A DNA stretch of 34,066 nucleotides, from positions 1 through 34,066 of the forward strand of contig JAKQYE010000039.1 of the NCBI GenBank assembly GCA_023356605.1, written 5' to 3'. The DNA is from Trichodesmium sp. MAG_R02. Lineage in GTDB: Bacteria > Cyanobacteriota > Cyanobacteriia > Cyanobacteriales > Microcoleaceae. Shown here piece after piece: positions 17,180-28,869 of the stretch; position 1 is the first letter of the stretch, and each line of letters starts with the position of its first letter. The notes under the pieces were generated by a model. That model made no database searches. It worked only from the letters and a program-made list of their open reading frames with translations, and was not told where the DNA came from. The translations under genes were made by a program, and so were the position numbers.

Positions 17180-18055
17180 ATGTGGGAATATACGGAAAAG
17201 GTAATGGACTTGTTCTATAACCCTCAAAACCAAGGAACTATTACAGACCAAAAAGAGGGGGAAAAGGTAGTTAGCGGTGAGGTAGGAAGTATAGCGTGTG
17301 GAGATGCTTTAAGTCTACACCTCAAAATAAATGAAGCCTCTGGTGAAATATTAGATGCAAAGTTTCAAACCTTCGGCTGTGCTAGTGCAATAGCTTCATC
17401 TTCAGCCCTAACAGCAATGCTCAAAGGCAAAACTGTAGAGGAAGCAATGAATATTAAAAACCACGATATCGCGGGATATCTGGGAGGGCTACCAGAAGAA
17501 AAGATGCACTGTTCAGTTATGGGAGAGGAGGCATTAGAAGCGGCAATATTTAAGTACAAAGGTATTGAAGTAGAAGTTCACGAAGAAGACCACGAAGGAT
17601 CATTAGTTTGTAGTTGTTTTGCGATTACAGAAAACAAGATTAAACGGGTAATTTGGGAAAATAATCTCAAAACAGCAGAAGAAGTAACAAACTATGTGAA
17701 AGCTGGTGGTGGTTGTGGTTCTTGTCTGGCAGATATTGACGATCTAATCGCATCGGCTTACGAAAAGCCAGAACCTACAATACAACAAATTCCCACAACT
17801 ACTAAACCAGGGATTAAACTGACAAACTTGCAAAAAATTACATCAATTCAAAAAGTCTTGGAAGAAGAAGTGAGACCAGTTCTCGCGGAAGATGGAGGAG
17901 ATGTTGAGTTATTCGATGTAGATGGCGATCGCGTGCTAGTCCAACTTAAAGGAGCTTGTCATTCCTGTAATAGCGCAACGGCGACATTAAAAGGAGCGAT
18001 CGAAGCTACATTAAAAGAACGGGTAAGTGAAAGTCTTGTAGTAGAAGCAGTATAA
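17180..18055 (+). CDS. nifU: Fe-S cluster scaffold NifU
   Basis: N-terminal IscU-like domain (GSIACGDAL, FGCASAIASS, KMHCSVMG), central CxxC ferredoxin-like domain (GGGCGSC) and C-terminal Nfu domain (GACHSCNSATATLK). Confidence 0.93.
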   Translation: MWEYTEKVMDLFYNPQNQGTITDQKEGEKVVSGEVGSIACGDALSLHLKINEASGEILDAKFQTFGCASAIASSSALTAMLKGKTVEEAMNIKNHDIAGYLGGLPEEKMHCSVMGEEALEAAIFKYKGIEVEVHEEDHEGSLVCSCFAITENKIKRVIWENNLKTAEEVTNYVKAGGGCGSCLADIDDLIASAYEKPEPTIQQIPTTTKPGIKLTNLQKITSIQKVLEEEVRPVLAEDGGDVELFDVDGDRVLVQLKGACHSCNSATATLKGAIEATLKERVSESLVVEAV

Positions 18056-18225
18056 AATAGTTAATAGCTATCAGTTATAAATTGTTAACTGAAAGCAATA
18101 AATAACCAAGAAAGCAGGTAAATTAATGATAATGATATATACGCAGGTAATACCTGCTCAAGCTTTAGGGCGAGCGCCTCCGGGTACTCTAATATTGCTG
18201 CTAAATACACACTGTTCTTATATGA

Positions 18226-19269
<1,044 letters not shown>

Positions 19270-19448
19270 GCTGAAAATCTTCTAGTACAAGAGTGGGGAT
19301 GTACAAAATACACCCCATCTCAAAACATGATTAGTGATGAGTTTGTGTTAATTAATTTGTAGGGGTAGGTAAAATAACTGCCCCTATTAATACAAAACTC
19401 GAATACCAAAATATTCAAATATCCGATATCCGAAAGGAGATATGTAAC

Positions 19449-20906
19449 ATGGCATCTGAAAAGATTGAGCAGAATAAACAGTTGATTCAAGAAGTCTTAG
19501 AAGCTTATCCTGCAAAAGCTGCTAAGAGACGGAAAAAGCACCTTAACGTGATTGAAGAAAAGGGAGCTGACTGTGGCGTTAAGTCTAACGTAAAATCAGT
19601 TCCTGGTGTAATGACAACTCGTGGTTGTGCATTTGCTGGAGCAAAAGGTGTGGTTTGGGGTCCTGTTAAGGACATGGTTCACATCAGTCACGGTCCTGTT
19701 GGTTGCGGTTACTACTCTTGGGCAGGTCGTCGTAACTACTATAACGGTGTAACTGGTATTGATAGTTTCGGTACAATGCAATTCACATCCGATTTCCAAG
19801 AAAGAGACATTGTTTTTGGTGGAGACAAAAAACTCGCCAAAATCATGAACGAAATCGAAGAGTTATTCCCTCTGAATGCTGGCATCACAATTGAATCTGA
19901 ATGCCCAGTGGGTCTAATTGGTGATGACATCGAAGCAGTAGCAAAGAAAGCTAGCAAAGAAATCAATAAGCCAGTTGTACCAGTACGTTGCGAAGGATTC
20001 CGTGGAGTATCTCAGTCATTAGGTCACCATATCGCTAACGACACAGTGCGTGACTGGGTATACGAACCTTCTGCCAAAATCACTAACGAAGAAATTGGTT
20101 TTGAGAAGACTCCTTATGATGTATCCTTAATCGCTGACTACAACATCGGTGGTGACGGTTGGAGTTCTCGTTTATTATTAGATGAAATTGGATTAAGAGT
20201 TGTTAGCCAAGCAACAGGTGACGGTACTTATAACGAAGTATTCATGGCTCCTAGGGTAAACTTAAACCTCATCCACTGCTACCGTTCCATGAACTACATC
20301 TGCCGTTACATGGAAGAAGAGTATGGTATACCTTGGGTTGAGTTCAACTTCTTCGGTCCTAGCCAAATTGCTAAGTCTCTCCGGAAGATTGCTTCTTTCT
20401 TTGATGATAAAATCAAGGAAAACACAGAGAAAGTAATTGCTAGGTATCAAGAACAGGCTGATGCAGTAATTGCTAAGTATCGTCCTCGTTTAGAAGGCAA
20501 GAAAGTAATGATGATGGTTGGTGGTCTCCGTCCACGTCACATTATTCCTGCTTTTGACGATTTAGGAATGGAAGTTATCGGTACTGGTTATGAATTTGGT
20601 CACGGTGACGACTACAAGCGTACTGCTGACTATGCTCAAGAAGGTACTCTAATCTATGATGACGTCAGTGGCTACGAATTTGAAGAATTTGCTAAGAAGT
20701 TAAAGCCAGACTTAATTGCTTCTGGTATTAAAGAGAAGTATGTCTTCCAGAAGATGGGTATGCCATTCCGTCAAATGCACTCATGGGATTATTCTGGTCC
20801 TTATCACGGTTATGACGGATTTGCTATCTTCGCTCGTGACATGGATCTAGCTCTCAATAGCCCAACTTGGAACTTAATCAAGGCTCCTTGGAAGCAAGCT
20901 GGCTAA
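19449..20906 (+). CDS. nifD: Nitrogenase MoFe protein alpha chain NifD
   Basis: 485 aa with [14 protein letters not shown], and with CYRSMNYI and [15 protein letters not shown] (FeMo-co ligand regions). AAGGAG RBS. Confidence 0.97.
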   Translation: MASEKIEQNKQLIQEVLEAYPAKAAKRRKKHLNVIEEKGADCGVKSNVKSVPGVMTTRGCAFAGAKGVVWGPVKDMVHISHGPVGCGYYSWAGRRNYYNGVTGIDSFGTMQFTSDFQERDIVFGGDKKLAKIMNEIEELFPLNAGITIESECPVGLIGDDIEAVAKKASKEINKPVVPVRCEGFRGVSQSLGHHIANDTVRDWVYEPSAKITNEEIGFEKTPYDVSLIADYNIGGDGWSSRLLLDEIGLRVVSQATGDGTYNEVFMAPRVNLNLIHCYRSMNYICRYMEEEYGIPWVEFNFFGPSQIAKSLRKIASFFDDKIKENTEKVIARYQEQADAVIAKYRPRLEGKKVMMMVGGLRPRHIIPAFDDLGMEVIGTGYEFGHGDDYKRTADYAQEGTLIYDDVSGYEFEEFAKKLKPDLIASGIKEKYVFQKMGMPFRQMHSWDYSGPYHGYDGFAIFARDMDLALNSPTWNLIKAPWKQAG

Positions 20907-21128
20907 AACCAACTGCTACGCGCTCAAAAGTCAAAAGTATTAATTTCACCTTTTGGCTTTGAAGATAAATTTAGGAACAGAAATGGGGTAATGCTATCAC
21001 TACGGCAACCCCAAGACGCAAACAAAAGATTTGACTGGAAGTTGGGATTTAGAAGTTGTAGTTGAGGTTATTCTTACTTCTTCTTTCTTCCCTCTTCCTT
21101 CCGAACAATACTATAGAGGATAAACACC

Positions 21129-22667
21129 ATGAGTCAGAATGTAGACAAAATCAAAGATCACTTTCAACTTTTCCAAGAGCCAGAATACAAAGAAATGTTC
21201 GCTCGGAAGAGAGAATTTGAAGGCGGTGCTTCCAAAGAAGAGATAGAAAGAGTTCGTGAGTGGACAAAAAGTTGGGAATATCGTGAAAAGAACTTTGCTC
21301 GTGAAGCTTTAACTATCAACCCTGCTAAAGCTTGTCAGCCTCTAGGTGCAATCTTTGCAGCTGCAGGTTTTGAAGGAACTCTTCCTTTTGTACATGGTTC
21401 TCAAGGATGTGTTGCTTACTTCCGTTCTCACTTAACTCGTAACTACAAAGAGCCATTCCAAGCGGTTTCCTCTTCTATGACTGAAGATGCTGCTGTGTTT
21501 GGTGGTCTGAAAAATATGATTGATGGTTTGGCAAACTCTTATGCTTTGTACAAGCCTAAAATGATTGCTCTTTGCACCACTTGTATGGCAGAGGTAATTG
21601 GAGATGACTTGGGTTCATTCATTACCAACTCCAAAAATGAAGGTGCAGTGCCTCAAGATTTCCCAGTTCCTTTTGCTCACACTCCTAGCTTTGTTGGTTC
21701 TCATATCACAGGCTATGACAATATGCTCAAGGGTATCCTAATAGCTCTGACTGATGGTAAGAAGACAGAAACTGATAATGGTAAAATTAACTTTATCCCT
21801 GGTTTCGACCCTTACATTGGCAACATCCGGGATTTAAAGGATATTCTGTCTTCCATGGATGTTCCTAGCACTATTTTAGCTGACAATGCTGAGAGCTTTG
21901 ATTCTCCTAACTTGGGTGAATTCAAGATGTACAATGGTGGTACAACTCTGGAAGAAGGTGCTGATGCTATTAATGCTAAGGCTACTATTTCCTTCCAAAA
22001 ATACAGCACTCCTAAGACTCTAGATTACCTAGCACAAGAAGGTGGTCAAAAAACAGCTACATACCGCCCTATCGGTGTCCGTGGTACTGATGAGTTCTTG
22101 ATGGCTTTGTCTGAATTGACTGGTAAGGCTATTCCTGAAGAGTTAGAAATTGAGCGTGGTCGTACAGTTGATGCTATCACTGACTCTCAGGCTTGGTTGC
22201 ATGGTAAGCGTATTGCTATCTATGGTGATCCTGACCATGTATTGGGTTTGTTGAATTTCACTCTAGAATTAGGTATGCGCCCAGTTCACGTTGTTGTTAA
22301 TAACGGTAACGTTGCTGGTTTTGAAGAAGAAGCTAAGGAATTATTAGCTAATGATCCTAACGGCCAAGAAGCTACAGTTTGGATAGGTAAGGACTTATGG
22401 CACTTACGTTCATTGTTGGATACTGAGCCAGTTGATTTATTAATTGGTAACTCATATGGTAAGTTCCTCCAACGTGATACTGGTACTCCATTAGTACGTA
22501 TTGGCTATCCTATCTTCGACCGCCACCACCAACACCGTTATTCTATCTTAGGATATAAGGGAGCATTCAATCTACTCAACTGGATCGTTAATACTATCCT
22601 CGATGAGTTAGACCGTGGTAGCATGGAATTAGGTGTTAACGATACGTCTTTTGACTTGGTTCGTTAA
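21129..22667 (+). CDS. nifK: Nitrogenase MoFe protein beta chain NifK
   Basis: 512 aa with [27 protein letters not shown] and [11 protein letters not shown]. Confidence 0.97.
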   Translation: MSQNVDKIKDHFQLFQEPEYKEMFARKREFEGGASKEEIERVREWTKSWEYREKNFAREALTINPAKACQPLGAIFAAAGFEGTLPFVHGSQGCVAYFRSHLTRNYKEPFQAVSSSMTEDAAVFGGLKNMIDGLANSYALYKPKMIALCTTCMAEVIGDDLGSFITNSKNEGAVPQDFPVPFAHTPSFVGSHITGYDNMLKGILIALTDGKKTETDNGKINFIPGFDPYIGNIRDLKDILSSMDVPSTILADNAESFDSPNLGEFKMYNGGTTLEEGADAINAKATISFQKYSTPKTLDYLAQEGGQKTATYRPIGVRGTDEFLMALSELTGKAIPEELEIERGRTVDAITDSQAWLHGKRIAIYGDPDHVLGLLNFTLELGMRPVHVVVNNGNVAGFEEEAKELLANDPNGQEATVWIGKDLWHLRSLLDTEPVDLLIGNSYGKFLQRDTGTPLVRIGYPIFDRHHQHRYSILGYKGAFNLLNWIVNTILDELDRGSMELGVNDTSFDLVR

Positions 22668-22692
22668 TTCATATTAACCATATAGTTTTTAT

Positions 22693-22716
22693 AGGGGCAA
22701 ATGGCAGTTTGCCCCT
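22693..22716 (+). terminator. Hairpin after nifK (AGGGGCAAA-TGGCAG-TTTGCCCCT)
   Basis: A 9-bp perfect stem lies 26 nt after the nifK stop, followed by aattggttt. A related sequence occurs inside the MITE variant at 33610-33700. Confidence 0.4.
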
Positions 22717-22780
22717 AATTGGTTTGAGAAGTTTTCAGGGATAAGTTATAGTCAAACTGCTATCTATTCCCTATTCCTAT

Positions 22781-23230
22781 ATGGTTTAAACTTACCCCAT
22801 TTCCAAAACTATCTCTACTTTAGTCGATCTTGAGCAAAGGTTTAAGTCATCTCCTACAGATAATGACTTCTTCTTTCAGGAATGGCAATAAGACTTACCT
22901 GACCTAACTGCTGAAGACAAGGAGAAGTTAGACGAAATTCAAAGACGATTTTTGCGTCATAGAAAATGAAGTCCCCTCACAGAAGATGCGATCAATTAAT
23001 TACTAATTGGACCTTTACTTGCTTTATCAGGTTTATATGATGAACCTTTCTATTTGACTACTGAAGCAAGTGTTGAAGTAGAAGTAGAAGATAAAGATGA
23101 AATTTTACGGGGTATAATTGATACTTTAACTATTGCACAACAACTTTGGGTTCTCTTAATTGAGTCTAAGTCTACTATTGCTTTTTCAGTAGCTTTACCT
23201 CAATTAATGACTTATATGAGAGTCATACGA
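22781..23230 (+). pseudogene. Decayed PD-(D/E)XK-like gene of the type often annotated as restriction endonuclease subunit R-like in cyanobacteria
   Basis: One frame reads MV*TYPISKTISTLVDLEQRFKSSPTDNDFFFQEWQ*DLPDLTAEDKEKLDEIQRRFLRHRK*SPLTEDAIN*LLIGPLLALSGLYDEPFYLTTEASVEVEVEDKDEILRGIIDTLTIAQQLWVLLIESKSTIAFSVALPQLMTYM. In-frame stops are at 22787, 22889, 22967 and 22997. The 3-prime end is missing. Confidence 0.6.
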
Positions 23231-23591
23231 CTGTGTGTTATGTTCGGGAGTCTTTCAGCTACTCAGCGCAGAAAACATTGAGCTTGTGGCTAATAAAGCA
23301 AAGAAAGCTCTCAATCCAGGAGGACTGATTTATCTGGATGTGGTTGCCAATATGAAGCACATATTTAGAGAGTCAGGAGAAGAGTTTACATACTCTGGAT
23401 TAGCCAATTGGTCTGATTCGCAAACCAAAGACTTTTTTACAAGTTTATTTGCAGATTGGTCTGTTTTGGATATGTTCTCGTTTCATCGAGAAGCAGATTG
23501 GCCTGTTAAGGAAGGGCGTTATCCAATCGATCCTTATCATTGGAGTGCTGACTATGTTTGTGTCATTGCCAAAAATCCTGCGGTGAGTTAG
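23221..23591 (+). pseudogene. 5-prime-truncated class I SAM-dependent methyltransferase fragment
   Basis: ESYDCVLCSGVFQLLSAENIELVANKAKKALNPGGLIYLDV corresponds to post-motif I/II regions only. No N-terminal SAM-binding GxGxG is present. It abuts the preceding pseudogene in a different frame. Confidence 0.55.
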
Positions 23592-24065
23592 TTCTGTTGC
23601 TAAAAAAATGAAATACTCACAAACCCAATCCTAAATCAGGAGCAATAACTACAAAGGCGGAGTCTATTAGTAGACTGTTTTATCTGAAGATGAAACAGTT
23701 TGTTGCTCATATCATGCCCGGTAGCATCGTTTGTGTATAAAATAAGTCACAATAGGAAGAAACCCTTCTGCCTTTTGTTGGGTTTCGTTCCTCAACCCAA
23801 GGGACAAAATGCTAACTCCTATACAAAAATAATAATAAAAATTTGTCATCCTAAGATTTAAGATTAGATACTCTATAGAAATATTAGGTATCTCTACTTT
23901 AGATTAAATTTTTGAGTCAGGAGTTGAAAGTGAGACAGAGGCAATAGGAGAAATAAGGTTGAAAAATACTCCCAACTCCCCCACTCCCTTACGGACGTTG
24001 CATGCAATGTCCCTACCTACTCCCCCACTGCGCCCCATAGTAGTTAATAATAGAGACTTAATAAC

Positions 24066-26876
24066 ATGGCTATGATAACCCCAGGCAAAGTTGCCGAACT
24101 TTTAAATGAGCCAGGTTGCGAACACAACCATCAAAAAAATAACGAAGATAAAAAACAGAAAGGCTGCCAGCAACAAGCAGCACCCGGAGCTGCTCAAGGG
24201 GGTTGTGCCTTTGATGGTGCTAGTATTGCTCTAGTTCCAATTACAGATGCAGCTCACCTGGTTCACGGTCCTTTAGGTTGTTCCGGTAACTCCTGGGGAG
24301 CTCGTGGAAGTCTTTCCTCCAGTTCCCATCTATACAAAATGGGTTTCACCACTGATATGGGTGAAAATGACATTATTATGGGCGGAGAGAAAAAATTATT
24401 GAAGGCGATCGCTGAGATAAAAAAACGCTATCAACCCCCTGCTATATTTGTCTACGCCACCTGTGTTACGGCTTTGATTGGAGATGACTTAGAAACGGTT
24501 TGTCAAGTCGCTACTAAAAAATTAGAACTTCCGGTCATTCCTGTTAATTCTCCTGGTTTTATTGGGAGCAAAAATCTAGGTAACCGGGTTGGTGCAGAAG
24601 CTTTATTAGATAATGTAGTAGGTACGGCAGAACCTGAATTTACAACTCCCTATGATATTAACCTAATTGGTGAATATAATATTGCTGGGGAAATGTGGGC
24701 CATGTTACCCCTGTTTGAAAAACTCGGGATTCGGGTATTGTCAAAAATTACAGGAGATGCTACCTACAAAGAGGTTTGTTACGCTCACCGTGCTAAACTT
24801 AACATTATGATCTGCTCTAAAGCTATGATCAATATGGCACGGAAAATGGAGGAAGAATATGGTATTCCTTACATTGAAGAGTCATTTTATGGTGTTGCTG
24901 ATATTAACAACTGCCTCCGAAATATCGCTGCAAAAATTGGAGATGCTGACTTACAAGAACGGACAGAAAAACTTATTGCTGAAGAAACAGCTATTCTTAA
25001 AGAAATATTAGAACCATATCGCCAACGTCTCAAAGGCAAAAAAGTTGTACTTTATACTGGTGGGGTGAAAAGTTGGTCTATTATTTCGGCAGCTAAGGAT
25101 TTAGAGATGGATGTGGTTGCTACTAGCACTAAGAAAAGTACAGAAGAGGATAAGTCTAAAATCAAAAAGTTGCTCGGTAAAGATGGTATTTTACTAGAAA
25201 AAGGTAATGCTGAAATTCTATTAAAAGTAATTGCCGAGACTAAAGCTGATATGCTTATAGCAGGTGGCCGTAATCAGTATACTGCCCTCAAAGCTAGAAT
25301 TCCCTTTTTACACATTAACCAAGAACGCCATCATCCCTATGCTGGATATCATGGGATGATAGAAATGGCTAAAGAATTAGACGAAGCTCTCTATAGTCCG
25401 GTTTGGGAACAGGTGAGACAACCGGCACCTTGGTTGGAAGAATGTCAGTTAGATGATGTTTTGGCTGTTGAAACTTTACCAAGTTTAACTAATATTCCAC
25501 CAACAACAGTTAATTTTCATAAAAGCTCATTATCCACAAATCCTCTGAAACTCAGTCAACCTTTGGGTGCGGCTTTAGCATACTTAGGAATTAAGGGGAT
25601 GATGCCAATGTTCCATGGTACTCAAGGTTGTACTGCTTTTGCTAAGGTATTATTGGTGAATCATTTCCAGGAAGCTATTCCCTTGTCTACTACTGCTATG
25701 AGTGAAGTGACGACTATTTTGGGAGGGGAGGATAATATTGATAAAGCGCTGCTGACTCAGCTTGAGAAGTCAAAACCAGAGGTGATTGGTTTGTTGACCA
25801 CTGGTTTAACTGAAACCAGGGGGGATGACATGGAGCGCATTCTTAAGAAATTTAGGGAAGATCATCCGGAGTTAGATGGGTTCCCTGTATTAAATGTTTC
25901 TAGTCCAGATTATAAGGGTTCTGCTCAGGACGGTTTTGCTACTACGGTAGAATGTATAGTAGCTTATGATTATGGCGAGCCTATTCCGACGGAAACTAAA
26001 AAACCTTTTATTACAATTTTAGCTGGTTCTTCTCTTGCCCCTGGAGATGTGCAGGAAGTTAAGGATATCGTAGAAGATTTTGGCTTAACTCCAATAGTTG
26101 TACCGGACTTATCTCAGTCTTTGGATGGACATTTAATTGATGATATTTATAGTGCCACAAGCTCAGGTGGTACTACAATAGAGGAGTTGCGTAATTTACG
26201 TCACTCATGTTTCACCTTTGCTATTGGGGAGAGTATGCGGAATGCTGCTACAATTTTGCAAGAAAAATTTGGGACTCAATATCAAGTGTTCCCTCGGTTG
26301 ACAGGTTTAGGTGCTGTAGATGGTTTTATGTTAAAATTGTCTCAGCTGATTGTATCTCGAAGTGACCCCCATTTTGATCTGAACTGCGAAGTGCCTGAGA
26401 AATACCAACGTCAACGCCGTCAGTTACAGGATGCTATGTTGGATACTCACTTCTATTTTGGGCATAAGCAAGTGTCTATTGCTCTGGAACCAGATTTACT
26501 TTGGGCAACAAGTTGGTTTTTACGGGAAATGGGGGCAGATATTTATGCTACTGTAACAACTACGCGATCGCCATTACTCGAAAAATTACCCACAGAAAAT
26601 GTGATAGTTGGGGACTTGGGAGACTTGGAAGAAGTAGTAGCAGGTTCGGATTTGCTAATTACCAATTCTCATGGTAAGATAATATCTGAGAAGTTAAATA
26701 TTGCTCTCTATCGGATGGGAATGCCAATCTACGATCGCCTTGGCAATGGTCAACGTTGTTATGTTGGTTATCGTGGTACAATGAATTTATTATTTGATAT
26801 TGGTAATATTTTCCTAGAGCAAGAGGAATCAAAAATTCACACCAATGATTATTCATTATTAAGCAGCCAGACATAA
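24066..26876 (+). CDS. nifEN: Fused NifE-NifN FeMo-cofactor assembly scaffold (936 aa, single ORF)
   Basis: The N-terminal ~450 aa is NifE-like (GCAFDGASIALVPITDAAHLVHGPLGC, ATCVTALIGDD). The C-terminal ~445 aa is NifN-like (NPLKLSQPLGAALAYLGIKGMMPMFHGTQGCTAF). The two halves are joined by a ~35-aa linker (nt ~25430-25536) with no stop. Confidence 0.9.
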   Translation: MAMITPGKVAELLNEPGCEHNHQKNNEDKKQKGCQQQAAPGAAQGGCAFDGASIALVPITDAAHLVHGPLGCSGNSWGARGSLSSSSHLYKMGFTTDMGENDIIMGGEKKLLKAIAEIKKRYQPPAIFVYATCVTALIGDDLETVCQVATKKLELPVIPVNSPGFIGSKNLGNRVGAEALLDNVVGTAEPEFTTPYDINLIGEYNIAGEMWAMLPLFEKLGIRVLSKITGDATYKEVCYAHRAKLNIMICSKAMINMARKMEEEYGIPYIEESFYGVADINNCLRNIAAKIGDADLQERTEKLIAEETAILKEILEPYRQRLKGKKVVLYTGGVKSWSIISAAKDLEMDVVATSTKKSTEEDKSKIKKLLGKDGILLEKGNAEILLKVIAETKADMLIAGGRNQYTALKARIPFLHINQERHHPYAGYHGMIEMAKELDEALYSPVWEQVRQPAPWLEECQLDDVLAVETLPSLTNIPPTTVNFHKSSLSTNPLKLSQPLGAALAYLGIKGMMPMFHGTQGCTAFAKVLLVNHFQEAIPLSTTAMSEVTTILGGEDNIDKALLTQLEKSKPEVIGLLTTGLTETRGDDMERILKKFREDHPELDGFPVLNVSSPDYKGSAQDGFATTVECIVAYDYGEPIPTETKKPFITILAGSSLAPGDVQEVKDIVEDFGLTPIVVPDLSQSLDGHLIDDIYSATSSGGTTIEELRNLRHSCFTFAIGESMRNAATILQEKFGTQYQVFPRLTGLGAVDGFMLKLSQLIVSRSDPHFDLNCEVPEKYQRQRRQLQDAMLDTHFYFGHKQVSIALEPDLLWATSWFLREMGADIYATVTTTRSPLLEKLPTENVIVGDLGDLEEVVAGSDLLITNSHGKIISEKLNIALYRMGMPIYDRLGNGQRCYVGYRGTMNLLFDIGNIFLEQEESKIHTNDYSLLSSQT

Positions 26877-27067
26877 ATAAATGAATCTTTGGCAGTCAGG
26901 CTGAGTTAAACTAACAGTTTGACAAGATCAGAAATTTGGAACAAATTTTAACTTATCCTGATTTTGCCGTTTATTTTAGTCTCTGACTTACTCAAAAGCT
27001 TGTTATCAAGAACTAATAGTTTTTTTCTATTAGTTTTTGGTACATACAATAAGGAGGAAAAGTAACA

Positions 27068-27487
27068 ATGAAAGTTGCATTTGCAACAACTGATTTTATT
27101 CATATAGATGGTCATTTTGGTTCTACCAAACAAATGGCATTATATGAAGTTAATGACACAGGATATCAAGCTCTAGAACCTATGACTTTTGGTGGTAATC
27201 TAGATCAAGACGCTTCCAAGCAAGATAAACTAGAAAAACTTCATGCTAAAGTGGCGGCTTTGCTCGACTGCACTATTGTTTATGTGCTAGAAATTGGTGG
27301 TCCGGCAGCAGGTCGTTTAATCAACAAAAAAGTTACTCCAATGAAGTCTAGTTCAGCAGAACAAACAATTGCTGAAGTCCTTGATAAATTGGTACAAACA
27401 TTAAAAGGCAATCCTCCCCCTTGGTTAAGGAAAGCTTTACAAAAAACTTCTGAATCTGACTTAGAATCTGTACTTGAAGAGGTATAA
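27068..27487 (+). CDS. nifX: NifX
   Basis: MKVAFATTDFIHIDGHFGSTKQMALYEV. Strong AAGGAGG RBS. Confidence 0.9.
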   Translation: MKVAFATTDFIHIDGHFGSTKQMALYEVNDTGYQALEPMTFGGNLDQDASKQDKLEKLHAKVAALLDCTIVYVLEIGGPAAGRLINKKVTPMKSSSAEQTIAEVLDKLVQTLKGNPPPWLRKALQKTSESDLESVLEEV

Positions 27488-27491
27488 AACT

Positions 27492-27965
27492 ATGACAGTT
27501 CAAACAGAAACAACAACAACAACAAGTAACATTTATTCTGCACCTTTTATTAAGGAATTAATTAGAGCGGTTGAAGCTCAAGACTCCTATGGAGTATATA
27601 AATCTTGGTCTCCCGAATTAATTCTCAAACCTTACATTGTCAGCAAGCAAGAAAAGCGCCAGATTTCAACTGAAGAAGAAGTCAATCCTATAACTTTATC
27701 TCGGATTAAGTTATTCTATAATGCAATAGCTACTAGCATTGAATTAGAAACTAATCAAATTATGCAGGTAGTTGTTAATATCAACCATGAAGGATTTGGT
27801 TGGGCCCTGGTATTTTGCGGTCGTCTTTTAGTTGTTGCTAGAACTTTACGAGATGCTCAACGTTTTGGCTTTACTTCCCTGGAAAAATTGGAAGATGAAG
27901 GAGAAAAAATGGCTAAAGCTGGCATTGAGTTGGTGAAAAAATATAAGGAAGTTTGTAAACTGTAA
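27492..27965 (+). CDS. NifX-associated nitrogen fixation protein (DUF269)
   Basis: EGFGWALVFCGRLLVVARTLRDAQRFGFTSLEKL is typical of DUF269. The ATG at 27492 is preferred over the TTG at 27474 given in the track. Confidence 0.8.
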   Translation: MTVQTETTTTTSNIYSAPFIKELIRAVEAQDSYGVYKSWSPELILKPYIVSKQEKRQISTEEEVNPITLSRIKLFYNAIATSIELETNQIMQVVVNINHEGFGWALVFCGRLLVVARTLRDAQRFGFTSLEKLEDEGEKMAKAGIELVKKYKEVCKL

Positions 27966-28167
27966 ATAGTAAACTTTTCCTTGATTTGAGAGGTAAGTTA
28001 GAGCAATATTCCATGAATATCTAACAACCTCTCTATAAAGAGATATGACAATTTTTGTGGTTATAACAGAATCTAAAAAGAATTAAAATCTGCCACATTT
28101 ATTGTGATTTTTGCTAAAATAATAAATTAGAAATAGGTACTACTAAATAACACTGAGGTTAATCATA

Positions 28168-28479
28168 ATGAAGACATTAACAGATTTCCAGAAACTCGTC
28201 GATGCTGAAGATTTTCTCAATTTTTTTGACATCCCTTTTGACCAAACAAGTGTAAATGTAAATCGGCTCCATATATTAAAATTGTTTTCTGTAGCAATTG
28301 CAAAAGTTGACGAAAAAAAAGGACTAGCTGAAGCTGAAAAAATAACTGCATATAAAACAGGGTTAGAATCAGCTTATCAAACTTTCTTGACATCTAATGC
28401 TCAAGAACAAAAGGTATTTCCAGTATTTCAAAAAGAACACAACGATGTGGTTAAATTAACAGAAATTACTGCTGAGTAA
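28168..28479 (+). CDS. nifW: NifW
   Basis: 103 aa: AEDFLNFFDIPFDQTSVNVNRLHILKLF matches NifW. Confidence 0.85.
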   Translation: MKTLTDFQKLVDAEDFLNFFDIPFDQTSVNVNRLHILKLFSVAIAKVDEKKGLAEAEKITAYKTGLESAYQTFLTSNAQEQKVFPVFQKEHNDVVKLTEITAE

Positions 28480-28582
28480 GGAGAAAAGTTTGACCAATAA
28501 ATAAGGTCGATGGCTTCCTACCATTTCAAGGGAATAAAAAAAGGAAATTTCAGATTTTAAGTATCTCTACTGCTGGAGGTAC

Positions 28583-28657
28583 TGATAACTGAAATGATGT
28601 TCTCAGGTTTCGGGTAGGAAGCAACCCAGGGACTCAAGTCAACAACAGCTCTGGTAA
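28583..28657 (+). pseudogene. Decayed duplicate of the hesA 5-prime end
   Basis: tgataactgaaATGATGTTCTCAGGTTTCGGGTAGGAAGCAACCCAGGGACTCAAGTCAACAACAGCTCTGGTAA aligns with the hesA ATGATGCTCCCAGGTTTTGGAGAGGAAGCACAGCAACGACTCAAGTCAACAACAGCACTGGTAA at about 80 percent identity. It lacks 45 bp and carries an early TAG. Confidence 0.7.
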
Positions 28658-28698
28658 AAGGAAATTTTGGATTTAAAGTATCCCTATTGCTGGAGATA

Positions 28699-28766
28699 CT
28701 GATAACTGATAACTGATAACTGATAACTGATAATTCATAATTCATAATTGATAATTCATAATTGAT
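28699..28766. repeat. STRR heptamer array (CTGATAA x5, then TTCATAA/TTGATAA x5), continued at 28870-28890 beyond a MITE
   Basis: Read directly: ctgataa x5, ttcataa, ttcataa, ttgataa, ttcataa, ttgat | MITE | ttaataa, ttcataa, ttgataa. Confidence 0.9.
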
Positions 28767-28869
28767 CAGGACTTACCCAAAGAAACCAGGTTTTGACCGT
28801 AAATCATTGTTTTTAACACATAAATATCTACGAGAAACCGGGTTTCTCAGTTTGCCTGGGTAAGTCCTG
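28767..28869. mobile_element. MITE family A copy 3, inserted inside the heptamer array upstream of hesA
   Basis: caggacttacccaaag...gcctgggtaagtcctg. Both TIRs carry complementary substitutions (G to C on the left, C to G on the right). Confidence 0.85.

Noticed and set aside
23054-23281. 75-aa ORF as an intact gene
   Set aside because: It starts at a TTG inside the same frame as the upstream stop-riddled PD-(D/E)XK-like sequence and runs into unrelated sequence. It is better explained as part of the pseudogene.
28557-28745. 62-aa minus-strand ORF, and the possibility of a CRISPR array in the repeat-rich nifW-hesA spacer
   Set aside because: The ORF is a translation of heptamer STRRs and duplicated hesA leader sequence (SVISYQLSVIS). 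The repeats are 7-bp tandem units without spacers, so this is not a CRISPR architecture.
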